Assembly (NCBI RefSeq): GCF_018977255.1
Contig: NW_024704743.1
Location: 101,186,001 to 101,250,000 of the forward strand
Direction of reading: 5' to 3'
Source of the DNA: Callorhinchus milii
Lineage: Eukaryota
Length of the DNA stretch: 64,000 nucleotides
The notes beneath the pieces were generated by a model. It searched no databases. It saw only the letters and a list, made by a program, of their open reading frames with translations, and had not been told where the DNA came from. Below, piece by piece: positions 15,400 to 30,006 of this stretch; positions within the stretch are counted from its first letter, which is position 1; each line of letters starts with the position of its first letter. A program made the position numbers and the translations under genes.

Positions 15400-16655
15400 T
15401 TTGGGACTCACTGACACTCCAATGCAGTGCTGTTCATATGCTGCATTGTTGGAGATGTCGTCTTTCAGATAAGACATCTCTCAAATGACATCTCCAACCT
15501 GTTGGATGCTTGTTCAGGTGGGCATTAAATATCCTTTGGCACTATTCATGAAGAGAAGATTCTGGCCAAAAATCACCCAAATAAAATTGGTCTTTCAACT
15601 CATGGCTGTTTGTGGGACATTACTGTGGGAAAATTGGTTGCCGTGTTTGCCTAGAAAAAACAGTCACTCCACTTTACAGTACAACAATAACTTGCATTTA
15701 TAAAGCACTCTTCATGCGGCGTAGAGTTTCAGAGTGCTTAACAGTGACTGAGCTTTATGCCAAGCTGGGGAGAGAAAGGAGGTGACCATAGGCATGGTCG
15801 AAGAGGAAGATCTTTAGATGTGATCTAAGGGAAGGTAAAAGATAGAGGGATTGAGACAGAAAGTTCGGGAATGTACAACAACAACTTGCACTTACATAAC
15901 GCCCTCCACGACGGGCAGTGTCTCAGAACACTTAAAAATGGTGGAGCCCGAGGCCGAGCCTGGAAGAGGGGGAAGGTGACAGTAGGCGCGGTCGAAAAGG
16001 AGGTTCTTCAGACACGACCTGCAGATGGGGAAGGAGGGGACGAGGCGAAGGGGTTGAGGGAGGGAGTTCCAAAGTTTCAGGGGCGTAGTGGCTGAAGGCA
16101 CTGTCACCGATAGTGGAGCGGGGGACGCGGAGGAGGCCAGACCCAGTAGAGCGGAGGCAGCAGGTACTGCTGTGGGGATAGAAGAGGTTAGAGAGATAGG
16201 GGGGTGTCAAGTAATGGAGGGATTTAAACACTGGGTGAGCATCTTGAAGTCAATCCGCTCTGTGACAGGGAGTCAGTGGAGTTTGGTAAGGACTGGAATA
16301 ATCGGGGTACGAAATTTGATGCGGTGAGAATGCGGGCGGCAGAGTTGTAATAATAAATAATAATAATAATCCTTGCATTTGATATAGCGCTTTTCACGTC
16401 GGGAGGACGTCCCAAAGCGCTTCACAGAACACACTGTAAAGTGAATTGACTGTATATTTGTGGGCGAACGCGGCAGCCAATTGCGCACAGCAATGTCCCA
16501 CAAACAGTCGTAGATTGTAGGGGTGGAGAGGCAGAAAGCAGAGGGCTTGAGTCAGCTGAGTGAAGGGGGCAGGTAGAGGAGTATATCCTGTGAAACGCTT
16601 TTAAACGTCCTCCCAATGTGAAAGGTGCTGCACCAAATGTAAGGAATATTATTAA
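15400..16655. mobile_element. Composite repeat cluster: old + strand Deu SINE, two minus-strand L2 3' fragments (15680-15870, 15874-16347), young minus-strand 5'-truncated SINE (16348-16517), further remnants
   Basis: Recognisable L2 and SINE tails matching other copies in the window. Confidence 0.75.
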
Positions 16656-17265
16656 GCTTCCAGCAGCTTATCCAGCAAGGACATGCTTTGGCTGGCAGTG
16701 CTAACAGGAGCTGAGTGAGAAGAATCTCAGCCGGAGGCGATTGATTGTTGCTGATTCAGAACCACGAACTTTTAAAATATTTTTAATACTGTAAAGGTAA
16801 AGCTTTTGTATTTGTTTACTAATTTTCATCTTGTTTCCTTTCAAAGTCACTGACCCTTTGCTGGGATACAATTCTATGTACGTTTTCCGTGCTCCCGTGC
16901 CTCCCCCAAGTTGTTCATGTTGAAGTGTTGGCAGATTCTTTGACCCTGAAGCATTACAGCCGCACGTGCACTTTCTCAGAGAGATGCCATATTCAGGAGT
17001 AGAAACCTGGCTTTTTTACCTTTCTGCCCTCTAACCCCCTCCCTCGCACAATACCAAGCACAGGGCTGACTAAGGTCAATTATTGCTCCCAATTGTTGCC
17101 TGTGGACTCCTGGATTCGAGCCAGTATCCTCCAGTTTGTATGGCTTACGCTTTGAGTTTACCCACGGGCCTATTTGAGGAGCTCACATTGAATATTATTG
17201 AAATAGTAACCATAAAATGAGGGATTTTATATGGTGCATTTTACTGTTCTCTATTTTCTTTACAG

Positions 17266-17399
17266 AACGTCTTTCTCAGCTTCTGAAAAAACTGTTTGAG
17301 ACTCAAGAGTCAGGTGACATCAATGAGGAACTTGTTAAAGCTGCAGCTAATGGTGATGTTGCCAAAGTGGAAGAAATATTGGCACGACCAGATGTTGAT
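17266..17399 (+). CDS. mib1: mib1 exon 9 equivalent; start of ankyrin region
   Basis: tacag| (E)[50 protein letters not shown]; 134 bp. Confidence 0.96.
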
Positions 17400-19007
17400 G
17401 TGAGTAATTGATCACAACCTGTTCCTCCTAATATTTCTTTGAAGGAATAGGGAAAAAAGGAAAATATTTTTGTCAAAATAAAAATATTCACTCCCCTGAT
17501 GGCTTAGCAAGGACTCACTGCTGTGTGAAACGGAGCAATAGACATTGGCAAGATCCCAGTTTCAATCCAGGTTTTATGCTGAGTTGGCTGACTTCTGCCA
17601 AGTTTCAGAAGCATATCAGCCAGGGTTCCCACTAAACATTGAGCCCTGCTCGAGGTGTGAGTGTCTTGATGTTGAGTGAGGACAGATTGAGCTCTTCTGT
17701 GATTTCTGTCACTGTTGGGTAGCCTGTAAACATACACTTCAATGTTTATACATGTTTAAGGTTCACTTGAGCTAAATGCCGAGCACCTTTTGAACTGTAC
17801 ACCAGCATTAGTTGGTACCTTCAGATGGGGGGGTTCGGGATGGGGAGTGAAGAAGGGTAGGCTAAAAATATTCCCATTGCTGCCAATATGGTTTATCTTT
17901 TCTTTTTTTTCCCTCTGGATCACATACTACCTGTGACCTTTCAGAATTGCTCTTTGCTACTTTGAAATTACACTTGTTCACACCAACTGATGAGAAATTT
18001 AAATTGCCCACACTTAGGGTTTTAACTTTCAAGTCCAAGAGGTTTGAATACTGTGGTATTTTGGTGCTAGATTTGTCTCGAGGGGATCTTTCCACTAACA
18101 GTAACTATACAAGCTTCTGGGATATATTCTTGGAAATCTGACAACTAAGTCATTTCAGCTCCACATTAAATTATAGGCAGCTTGGTGGTGTTTCATTCAC
18201 TGTGTACCCTCGGGCAGATTCAATGTACATAAAGCAGATAAAGAGCTGACTTGGTTGAGGGTATACAGTTCTTTGACATTATTGCAGCAGGGGGAGATAA
18301 CACTCTCAGGGCTGAGTAATTTATGTTCATTCAGAAAGACATTTCTTGTTTCAAGAATAATGCAAAGATGAATTGAATGATGCCATTTGCACAGTGTCTG
18401 AGAAACCTGGGAAGGGTCTATTGTTTATACAGTACTTTTAAATTGTGAAGCATCAGACAATGCACAGGTTGTTTCAATAACTACCGCATTGTTAAGCAAT
18501 CCCATTTGCCACAAGGTGGCAGAAGTCTGCCAATTAAAACAAGTGTGCATTATGTTGAGGTTTGATTAGAAAATGAAATGAATGGTTACTAACCGCTATT
18601 ACCAGGATCCCAATAGAATACACAGTAATCCACTCTTAAATGGTTCTGAAATATTTTTTGCACAAAGAAATGCATGTTACAAGAATTCAGAAATATTATC
18701 TGGAATTATGATCCAGGTGTAATTTTTAAGTGCAAATTCCTAATTCAAACATGAATTGTTTGCGATTATTCTTGTTTTCATTGTTCAATGCTCTTTGAAT
18801 TTATAAAGTCATATGACAAAAGATCTTTCTCTATAATAATTATTTAGGTTGAGCCTGTGAAAATGGGCTAGGTGAATATATTTTAAATGGACTTTTATAA
18901 CTGGTTTATAGAATTATCAAAAAAAAATTGGTTCATGCTTGAAAAAGATTCCTTTCCTGTCTGATCACCTGCTCTTATCTCAACCAATTTTGCTATTTAA
19001 AGGATCA

Positions 19008-19442
19008 ACAACACCAACAACAAAATTACATTTGTATAGTGCCTTTCACGTCAGAAGGACATCCCAAGGCGCTGGACAGAGTTATGGACCCGAGCTGAGG
19101 GTCGGGGTGGGGGATGGCAGGGGGATCGAAAGCATGGTCGAAGAGGAGGGTCTTGAGGTGGGTCTTGAAGGTGGCAAGGGAGGGGGCGAGACAGAGGGAC
19201 TGTGGGATGGCGTTCCAGAAGGTGGGTGCAGAGTGGCAGAAGTCCCGCCCGCCGATAGTAGGGTGAGCGAAACAGGGGATGTGAAGCAGGCCAGAGCCTG
19301 CTGAGCAGAGGGAGCGAACAGGGTGGTAGAGGTTAGGAGGTCGGAGAGGTAGAGGGGAGCAAGACTATGGAGGGCTTTGAAGATGAGAACCAGGATCTTG
19401 AACTGTATCCTCTTGTGTGATGGCAAGCCAGTGGAGTTGGGC
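19008..19442 (-). mobile_element. L2 3' fragment with 8-bp flanking direct repeat
   Basis: [27 protein letters not shown]-terminal motif; (CAA)n tail; AAGGATCA at 19000-19007 and 19443-19450. Confidence 0.85.
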
Positions 19443-20525
19443 AAGGATCACTAGGAATTGTACAAGAATATCTTAGAATGGCTCGGCCTATTAAGACATT
19501 TTGTTAAAAAACGTCCGACAGCCTAGGTGTCAATGTAGTTCCTTTATACGGCAAATTCTGAGCACAAGACTGTCCTATCGCACTATGTGGCATTGCGTCA
19601 TGTTGAAGCACAACATTTTAGGGTTTGGGTTCTAGCCATTTCTTGAGTTAGCTATGCACAATGATGTGTAATTATAGGAAAAATATTAGCGTATTCAACA
19701 TTAAATCAGCCCTGTAACTATATTTTTTTGTACTGGCTTCTTTGATTTAATATATATGTGGCTGCAAATTCAAGCGGTAGTTGGATATCTCTTGGAAGAA
19801 ATTTAATTGAGGCTTATGAAAGATAGAAAGATCCTGAGCTTCATTTGATTTCTTCTTTGGGGCCAGCCAGATAATTCCATTGTATAGATTCCTATATCCC
19901 TCTAAAAACAATCTGTGAACAATAACTGAGTATAGATTTTTTTTAAGCATTCTAAGACTTGAATTAACACAAATATTCTGTGGTTTGGGTGTTTTAAGCA
20001 GAAATGTTACCTTTAACCTTCACCTTTAATAAGCTTGTATAAAATAGTATATGACCTCCAACCTTAGCCTGTGACATTTTTGACAGGAGTTAAGTTTGAC
20101 TTCTGTTTTGTTGGCATTTTCTATCCGGGATAGCACTTAGAGATGTTTTGTGTGGAATAATTGTGCAGATTTGCATTTTTAAACCAATTTGTAAGAGAGC
20201 CAAGTCTGATTTCCTAACAGTGGGTTTGAAGTAGCTATTACTGCTGAGATCAATCAATTTATGTTCACATTAATTTTAGGTACCTGCAATCATTCACGTA
20301 TAGTTTTTGTAATGGTCTCCTATCTTGTTGAGGTTGTTAGTTTGTTTGTGCTTAGACATGTTCTTGAATTTGTGAGAATTTCCTTTTCTGTTTTCATTAT
20401 GGACATAATTTTTACAAAATGCAAACGTGGGGGTTATTGAAGAAGTCCTTCCTCTGTGTTATTAAATTTGCGCAGCAAACTTGCCTTAAGGAAATGTGGT
20501 TCATATTTTGGTGGTGTACTTGCAG

Positions 20526-20633
20526 GTGAATGGCCAGTGTGCAGGACACACCGCGATGCAAGCAGCCAGTCAAAATGGACATGTGGATGTTCTGAAGCTC
20601 CTTCTTAAACAAAGTGTTGATTTGGAAGCTGAG
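20526..20633 (+). CDS. mib1: mib1 exon 10 equivalent; ankyrin repeat
   Basis: tgcag| [42 protein letters not shown]; 108 bp. Confidence 0.96.
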
Positions 20634-21104
20634 GTAGGTTGTATCATTGATTAAGCAATGACAATATTGGTTATATTGCAATATAAGCAAAGTAAACCAT
20701 ACTAATTAACCGTGTGTTCTGCATCAGCCTTCACAAATAACATATCACTTTATGGCGTATTTACAAGCATTTAAATCGGATTGCATTTTTGTAATGGATG
20801 TTAAATTCAAAAAGTTGATTACGAAGCCCAAAATACAGAGGTGTTATGCGTAGTTGTCTCAAATGAATGACTCAATATAATTTTAATGTTTTCCATATTG
20901 ATTTTCGTATGTATTATGAATGCATTAGCAATGAAACGTGGTAATGTGGGGATAAAACTCGATTCATGGGGAATGCTGCAGTTAGTCTTATCACACTGCT
21001 TTGTTCCAGTTAAGGTATTACTTTTGAAAAACTGACAAGTAAATGTCTTTCTTTAAAGTTGATATTTGACTGTTTTAGCGTTTTGTGGCACACTTGAGAA
21101 TGTA

Positions 21105-22067
21105 TATAGAATCATAGAATTATACAGCATAGGAGGAGGCCATTCAGCCCACCGCATCCTTGCTGGCTCTTTGAAAGGGCTGGCCAAATTAATTCCACTC
21201 TCCCACTCTCTCCCATAGTCCTGCAAAATTACCCACTACAAATAGTTATCTACTCTCTTGAAAGTTGTTATCGAATTGGTTTCCACCACTCTTTCAAGCA
21301 ATGCTTCCAGATCCAAACAAACTCGTGGTGTGAAAAAATTTCTCCTCACCTCCCCTCTGGTTCTTTAGCAACTATTTTAATTCTGTGTCCTCTGGTTACC
21401 GACCCACCTACCAGTGGAAACAGTTTCTCCCTGTGCACCCTATTGAATCCCCTCATAATTTTGAACATCTCTATTAAATCTCCCCTTAACCTTCTCTACT
21501 TCAAGGAGAATAACCCTAGCTTCTCTAGCCTCTCCTGATAACTGAAGTCCCTCATTCCTGGAACCATCCTGGTAAATCTCCTTTGCTCCCTCTCCAAGGC
21601 CTTGACATCCTTCCTTAAGTGTGGAGCCCAGAACTGAACACAGTACTCTAGCTGAGACCAAACCATTATTTTATAAAGGTTCATCATAACCTCCTTTTGT
21701 ATATTATGCCCCTATTTATAAAGCCGAGTAACCCGTATGCTTTTCTCACAACTTTTATCTACCTGTCCTGCCACCTTCAACAATTTGCTTATATGGACTC
21801 TCGGTTCCGGCATCCTCTAAGATTGTACCATCAAGCTTATATTGCCACTCCTCAGTCTTCCTCCAAAAATGCATCACTTTGCATTTCTCTGCATTAAATT
21901 TAATCTGCCATGTGTCTGTCCATTTCACCAGTCTGTCTATGTCCTCTTGCAGTCTGCTACTATCCTCTTCACCATTTACTACTTTTCCTAGCTTTGTACC
22001 ATATGCAAACTTGGAAATTGTACTCCTTATCCCCAAGTCAAGGTCATTTATGTACATCAAAAAGAGC
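21105..22067 (-). mobile_element. CR1 LINE 3' fragment
   Basis: YINDLDLGIRSTISKFA, LEYCVQFWAPHLRKD, ERLEKLGLFSL motifs; ATTCTATG-type 3' terminal repeat. Confidence 0.9.
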
Positions 22068-23723
22068 TATGCCATACCATTACATATGGTAAACTGAATT
22101 TCCTATCTCATCAGGTAATGTCAGATGATGAAATGTAGTTATTTATCTTGGAGATTTTTGCCAGGAAGCTGCAGAAAATTTAAATGTTTAATAATCTTAT
22201 TCACTCAGAATGTGTTTAGTTCTATTGCAAAATTATTATTAATATCTAATAACTGTCATGAATTTAATACCAGTCCATAAAGTTGGGATTGGATTCACTT
22301 TCTGAAAGGCTCAAAAGAAAATTGTTCATAAAAAGGTGAAAAAGACCTTGTATTAGTAGTTGACAATTTAATGTCAGAAGCCAACTTGTGTTGTCGGAAA
22401 TTGTGATGCATTATTGTAAAATGTAACCTGTTCCGGGTTCTAGATGGAAAAGGTGGATCAGACTGAAACTGCCAGTGCCATGAATTCCACTTTTTGTAGT
22501 GTAAGCTGGAGTCCACAGCACCAAGGCAAAAAACTATGTAAACTAAGAAATTTACAGTTGTTTCTGAATCAGAACCTTTATTTTGTGGCCTTAGACTTTT
22601 GGTTGTGTTTTCTTTGCTGTCCTCTTGGCCGTCAGTTTGCCCATCCTGAAAAACATGCTGACAGGCTCTCTGAAGACCCATTTTAGTATTTGGTGTGAAT
22701 GCCTTCAGAGGTTGCACAACTGCTTTAAAAATGCTGCTGGAATCCTTGATACATCAAAATGTGCACTTTACAGTAAGAGCAGCACATTCCTGGTAGAAGA
22801 TGATTCTTCATTTTCGATCTTTCCCTAAGAGATGTGCCTAATTGAGAGAGTGCAGTACTGGTCCAGAAATTTTCATTGCTCCTATTAAGTGTAAAGTCAA
22901 TCATAGTTTGCTTCATATTGTGGGGTGGGGTTGGGGGGAAAGGTGAAAGTAAGTTTGAGGTATTTACTTGAGGTATTCACTAATTTCTTAGAGATTTCTT
23001 AAATCAATCTCTAAGGAAAATGTTTCTATTATGAATTCATTTTAATTTACTGACCAACAGCAAATCATATTTTGTTTCATAGTGTGGGGGGAGAAAGAGA
23101 GCAACTACACGGAGCACTTTGCAATGTGCTCTGGTATATTTTCAGTTGTTGAAAATGGGTCTGTGTTTACAAAGTGCCTTTTGAGACATGGTAACTTTTT
23201 TTGTATTGAAATAATTATCTCCATTTAAAGAAAATTTCTTCAGAGTAAACAGAAACTTCATACTTTTCCTTTAAAAAATACATTTACATTTGTGGAACAC
23301 AGTTTAATTTAAAACTCCTTATTACTGATTCCAAACACTACTCAAGCTCTTGCCTGTTAATGATCAGCTCTTCACAGCACAGAGCTCCAGCACAGAGCTC
23401 CAAAACATTACTGTCAACTGCTGAGCTGAATGTTTGTAACAGGCACTTAGGTATTACTGAAGCAACGTGGATTGAGTGCAGAAGTTCAGATTCAGCAGTA
23501 TTACCCCACATTGCCATAATGGAATAAATTGTCATGGGGCTATATTTATTTGTTCTCCTGGGGCAGTCATATAAAGATAATACATTAATAATTCAATATT
23601 ACAAGACTTCTTGTATTGATGCATCAAAAGTTATAGTATTTTGTTGGTCTTTTTAGTGCTTAATGATTTGTCATTTTTTAACAAAGCATTGTTTTTTAAC
23701 TTAACATTGAAAAGCATCTGCAT

Positions 23724-24040
23724 TTCATAGGATTATACAGCACAGAAGGAGGCCATTCGGCCCATCGTGTCTTTTCCAGCTGTTTAAAAGAGCTATCCAA
23801 ATCAATTCCACTCCCCCGCGCTTTCCTCATAGCCCTGCAAACTTGCCCTCCCCAAATAATCATCTACTCTCTTAAAAGTTGTTTTGAATTGGCTTCCACC
23901 ACCCTTTCAGGCAATGCCTTCCAGATCCGAACAACTCGCTGTGTGAACACATTTCTTCTCATCTCTCTCCCCTCTTTCTTTTAACAGCTATTTTAAATCA
24001 GTGCCCTGGGGTTACTGATCCATCCGCCAGTGGAAATAAT
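23724..24040 (-). mobile_element. CR1 LINE 3' UTR fragment
   Basis: CATAGGATTATACAGCACAGAAGGAGGCCATTCGGCCC end, similar to the copies at 21105 and 49082. Confidence 0.8.
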
Positions 24041-26774
24041 TCCATTTTGTCGGAAGTGTTTCTGTTTTAAAGTGTGAAGTCTTCCTTTTTAATGTGATTT
24101 GTGGTATTGTATAATATTTTAATAGCACATCTTGGTGGTTGAATGTAAGGAATCGTGTTTATGTTGAGAAATGCAGAATTCGTTGTAAATATCTTACAAT
24201 TTCAAAAAGTTGTCCTTTGAACTTTACTACAACACATTCTTACCTTTGGTGTAAACAAGATCATGTATTTTCTTTTTAGAATTAATCTTCCAAGTCTTAA
24301 GAATTGTAATGCAAAGTGCAATGCTATTTTAGCACGATTGTCTAGAAGACTAGTTTGAAAAGCTTGCGGGCTTCTCTCGGATCAAATCAATGGATAGCAG
24401 CCAATTTCTTTTCCTAGTATTTTGCAGTTTTCATTGAATTCCTCCAGGTCAGCAGGACTGAAAGGAGTGTTCTGAATGCTTTCTGTTTTTAATCAAATAC
24501 AAACATGTAGCCGAAGACTTTATTACTAAAAGCACAGCCCCTTTTTTCCTCTAGACATGTTTCTGAAAATCAATCTCTAAGGAAAATGTTTCTGTTATAA
24601 ACTCATTTTAATTTATTGACCAATGGCAAATCACTTCCATGTTCCTAAAACGGATCATTAAAAATACAAAGAAGCCTTTAACACATTGCAATATTGCTCC
24701 AAAAGCTTTGAAGGTTAATTGAATTAGTGGAATTGAATAAAGGTTCAGCTTGAATGGCAGAAGGATGCATTGCAGCTTAAACAAATCTTGGTTTCTGCAC
24801 ATCTTTATAAATTAGTGTTGATAAAAGGTAGAATAATTTTAGTTGTAAAATTTGATTACATCTCCACTCATAGATTCCATGTTATAACTGGGTTTCACTA
24901 TTAGTGTTTAGAAGGCAGCACAGAATTGTGTAATGGTTGTTGTTACATAACTAGTTTTTAATTGGTAAATTACAAAATTAGATATTCTGTGTGTTCCTCT
25001 GTACACGTGATTTGCGTATAGTACATTATGCAGCTTTATTTAATTGTTCATAGGTGATTTTATTGATGTGATGTTTCTTTTTATATTTGCATATTCTTAG
25101 AAAGTTATTCACCTTACCTGATACTTAAAACTATTTTAGGTTTACACTGACACCGATATTTGAGTAACTATTCAACTATCAGGAATATCTATAATTAAAT
25201 GTAAAAATGTTCAATATATCAGTATTTTTATAGTATGTTTGAGGTATTCACTTTTAGTTTTCAGATTTATAGAAGTAATACTTTTTGGTGGCAGTGAGAG
25301 GATGGTTTAATCAATAAAAATAACTAAGATATTTTATTTGCAATCAGTTCTAGTCGAAAAACTTATTATAACCTTTTAACTTTGGTCTTGATTCACGATG
25401 AATTGAAGCTTCACTTTTATTTCCTTCTTTTCCATATGTAATTAAGGTTACTGTAAATCTTCAGATATATTTCTTGCAAAAATGATCAGTACTGGTTTTG
25501 AAAATGTATACAGAGCCTAATATAATTGCACATAAGAATAGTTTGACAGGTGGTAAAATCTCAAAAGAAACAAAAGGTTGTTTTTATTATTAATCATGTG
25601 TAAGCATGTTATAATCTTTCTTCTGCTAGTAGAAAAGAACTGATGAGATCTGAGGGGATAGGCATAATCGCTGTCTTTTGAGATTTGCTGCCTTTGGATC
25701 ATTAACCATGGAATGTGGAGAGGAACCTCATTTCAGGAACAACTTACTGTACCTTTGAGTAATATACCTAACTAAATACATTATGGATTACCTCAACCCT
25801 AAAAATCAAACTTGACAATATTCTACCACTTCCATACAATTGTGTGCGTTTACTTATTTACTTTGATTGCATCACCCTTCTACAATATATGAAATGGAAT
25901 CTGCTGCTGTTAGTGGCTTCTGCTACTGATGTTCAGCAGTCTTTGTCAAAATAGTCTGTCAAATCTAAATGGCTAACTCATCTGTTATGCAATTTATTTT
26001 GTAATTGCATTGGCGAGGTCATTATATTTCACATGCTTAAAAAAATGCATAATTTAATTGCATTAGACTGGCGAGGTACTATTGAACGGGCTTAGATTTG
26101 AGTTCTCTACGCAGAGGCTGTGGGATTTCCTAACTGGGAGGAGGAAAGAGAAGAAGCAGAGTTATGTCTGAGAGGTCTCTGTCTTGTTTTAATGTATAAT
26201 TTAGCCTGAGAGCAGTTGTAGGCTAAGCCCTCAAAATGAAGAAATATTGGGTTGTATAATAAATAAATAAATAATCATATGCGTGATTTAACCAAAGATT
26301 CCCCAATAAAAGTAAAACTACAGTTCATTTCTGATAAATGTTGCATTTAATATCCTACCACTTATGTATGTCTCAACGCACTTCATCAAGTTTCTATAAA
26401 GTATAGTGACTATGTATTTGTTGACTAACACAGCAAACAATTTGTTCGCAACACTGTCCACAAACAACAATGAAGTGACTGATCAATTTTATCTGGGGGA
26501 TGGTTGGCTTGGACATCGGGAGAAACTTTTTTTGAATTGTGCAATGGGATCTTTAACATCTTTATTTCCCAGATGGGACTTTGGATTAACTTCTCAGGAA
26601 TGGTGAATGGCAATGTCAAATTGAAATTAGAATCTTATAAACATAAAAGTTATGTTTCTGCTTGGCTGCATTGGTCATTGGATGATGTGTGGTTCAGATG
26701 TAGGAAAGAAATTGAAATGCAAGTTTTTAATGGGTTTCACAACCTTGAGCATTTTATAATCTCTTTTGTTAAAG

Positions 26775-26972
26775 GATAAAGATGGCGACAGAGCTGTTCA
26801 CCATGCATCATTTGGAGATGAAGGGTCTGTTATTGATGTTTTACACAGAGGAGGAGCCGATCTGAATGCTCGTAACAAACGCAGGCAGACTCCATTGCAC
26901 ATTGCCGTAAATAAGGGACATTTGCAAGTTGTTAAGACTTTGCTGGATCTTGGGTGCCATCCCAGTCTTCAG
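26775..26972 (+). CDS. mib1: mib1 exon 11 equivalent; ankyrin repeats
   Basis: ttaaag| [72 protein letters not shown]; 198 bp. Confidence 0.96.
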
Positions 26973-28081
26973 GTAAGAAATTGATTCTGGAACACAAATC
27001 TTTGAATTAAAGGGAATGTCATTCCTTTCGTCCACCTGTCTTAATGATGATAATAAGACCTTGGCAAGCTATCATTAAACTTGGTCCTAAATACAGTGCA
27101 CTGCTGCGAATGTGCAAAGCAGGAAGTGATGATGTTGGTGGTGACGTAATCACCCGGATGTTGGCTATTTTAGCTTTAGCTGAAAGAAATAGTCCAAATT
27201 CTAAGTCATCAATCAGGCACTAACTGATGTTGCTTTGATCTATACTCCTGATGCCTTGATCAATATAACATTATTGTTATAGTTTTACTTTATCAGGAAA
27301 CTCAATTCTCAGTTCACAAATATATTTCTGAATGTGGGGTGCAGTCTTCAATTTTCAGTTTTTCACGCTCTAATTACTTGCTTAAATTGCATGATGTAAA
27401 GAAGCTGCTGTTAATAAGATCTTGCATACTTATGTTAACTGGAGGATTCCATCTGCAACAACTTTCACCAGTTGATCAAAGTTAAAAGTCTTCATTGGAA
27501 TTTTATTGTCAAGATATCTAAGGAACGAATTTCCCTGCAATAGCATTTTAGCACTATAAGTAAAATAGATTATAATTTTCAATTTCTTTGAATACTATGA
27601 ATTAATCATTGTTGGTTTCGTGCACTGCTCAAACTGCTTCAGAGAATTATGTCAATCTGTTTAACAAAAGCATGTACATTGAAACTAGAGAAAACCATAT
27701 TAATACTCAAAAGGTTAAAAATGCCTTCAGTTTGGCCACATAATTAGAGATACGGCATAAAGTCAAGGTGATGTGTTAATCAGAGAAGATTAAAAGTGAA
27801 GGAATTGAGTATCACCTTTTAAGAAATATTTGAGGGATAAGAGGAGAAAAGAATGGTTCTGAAATCTTGGTTGACTTTTCGAGAAAAAAATAGTGAGCTG
27901 TTCACCCCGTACTATTATTTCAGGCTCCTGTACTTGAAAAATGCTCTTTGGAAACATGAAGTAGTGTTTTCAACTAAACCTTAAGTAATGTGGCAAGTTA
28001 ATGTTTAAATGGACAGATAGACATGTGGGATCCAAGCCAAATCCCTATTTGTTCTCTTTCTTTCCAGTCCAGACACAACTC

Positions 28082-28401
28082 GTGGAGTCCTGTAGCTCAG
28101 TGGTTAGAGCACTCGCTTTGCAAGTGAGAGACCTGCGTTCAATTCCAGGCAGGGCGAAACCTTGGGCAAGTTTCTTTACTCCACACGCCTAATAATAATC
28201 CCTCCAAAAAAAAAAAACAATAATTAAATTGGTCATTTTCAATCTACGACTGTTTGTGGGACATTGCTGTGCGCAATTGGCTGCCGCGTTCGCCCACAAA
28301 TATACAGTCAATTCACTTTACAGTGTGTTCTGTGAAGCGCTTTGGGACGTCCTCCCGACGTGAAAAGCGCTATATCAAATGCAAGGATTATTATTATTAT
28401 T
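28082..28401 (+). mobile_element. Young full-length tRNA-Ala-derived Deu-domain SINE
   Basis: Head TAGCTCAGTGG (A box), anticodon arm CTCGC-TTTGCAA-GTGAG, GTTCAATTCC (B box); Deu core TTGCTGTGCGCAATTGGCTGCC; L2-type stem-loop; (TTA)n tail; AACTC on both flanks. Confidence 0.9.
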
Positions 28402-29637
28402 TAACTCCTGATGGATAGATCTATAGAAGATATGAGTTTAATTATCCCCCATTTAGATTATCAGAGTGAGTTGCAGAGCTGCTCACCCTTATCAAACAGA
28501 CTGCCCAGGAACCTTTCAATTTAATTATTAAAGTTTAAAAGTAATTTTGAAATTCATTGCAATATAAGCTGTATTGAATTGCGCCCTCTAAATCCTGTTT
28601 TATACTGTACTGTTATCAACATTTCAATGGAAAAATAGCATCAGGTCAACACAAACTGGGGCATAAATACCATTTATTAAATTTGCTCAGCATTCTGACT
28701 GCTTATCTGTAGGGCTCCCAGGTTTCCACCTATGGTAGATGGCCTGAATCAACTTTGTGAGAAAGACCTGGAGATGGCTTTCTTTCCCCACAACAGTTTG
28801 TTCCTCAGCACTAACAACGGGTTATCATGATATTTTAATAATAGAATGAATAATTGTTGGAATATTATTGCTTTATGGAAGAACAAATTTGATGCATGTT
28901 AATTCTGTAATTCACTAATATCCCAGTCGCGTTTGACTGCAATCAAAAATAATGTTGTTTTTCAAACAAAGCAGGGGTGCATTATTTTTTTAATTTTTAT
29001 TGTACTATTTACAATTTAACAATATAAAAAGTAATTCTGCAACCCAAGCATGCATCACATTTTGAAGATGTTCCTTTATTCAATATTTTTTCTTTGAGTA
29101 ATGGGTTTCTTTGAGCACTGCAAGTTACTGATTTTTTTTATCATACAAGATCTTCACCACTGATGTTGCATCATGTTAAGAATGTCTAGAATTAAGAACC
29201 TCTGTGGTGGAACATTTTGAGGTTCACTGAAAATCAAAAGCTTTCATATTTTTTCCAAGGCAAAATACTATTATCCGAGGTTCAGTGCTGTTTCGCTTTC
29301 GCTAAATTACTACAGAACCTTTTTTTTGCACAACGTCTCCAACACATGGTTTGCAGCCCTGTATTTTCATGCAGTCATAATGGATTGTGCTTGTCTAGTC
29401 CATTATTAAAGAAGGTGAAAGTTAATTTATCTAATTTATCTGGCCCATTTAGTTTTGTCCAAAAACTTCTGAGCATGAATTTAGAGAATCTAAATGAGCC
29501 ATGAAAAATACAGATTATGCAGAAGGAAAAGTCATTGATCATATTTTTGCTAAATAGTTGTGCATACTAATTTAACTTTCTGAGTACCTTCAGTGCAGTT
29601 GAGTGCAGTTTTGAAAGTGTTCTTTGAGATGGCTTAA

Positions 29638-30006
<369 letters not shown>

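Noticed and set aside
16900..17830. Old tRNA-like SINE remnants on both sides of exon 9 as an inverted pair
   Set aside because: Too degenerate to establish family or mutual complementarity by eye
28082..28160. tRNA-Ala(TGC) gene (also at 30711, 32660, 53971 and 54404)
   Set aside because: Acceptor stem is not intact, and every copy continues into the same Deu core and L2-type tail, so these are SINE heads
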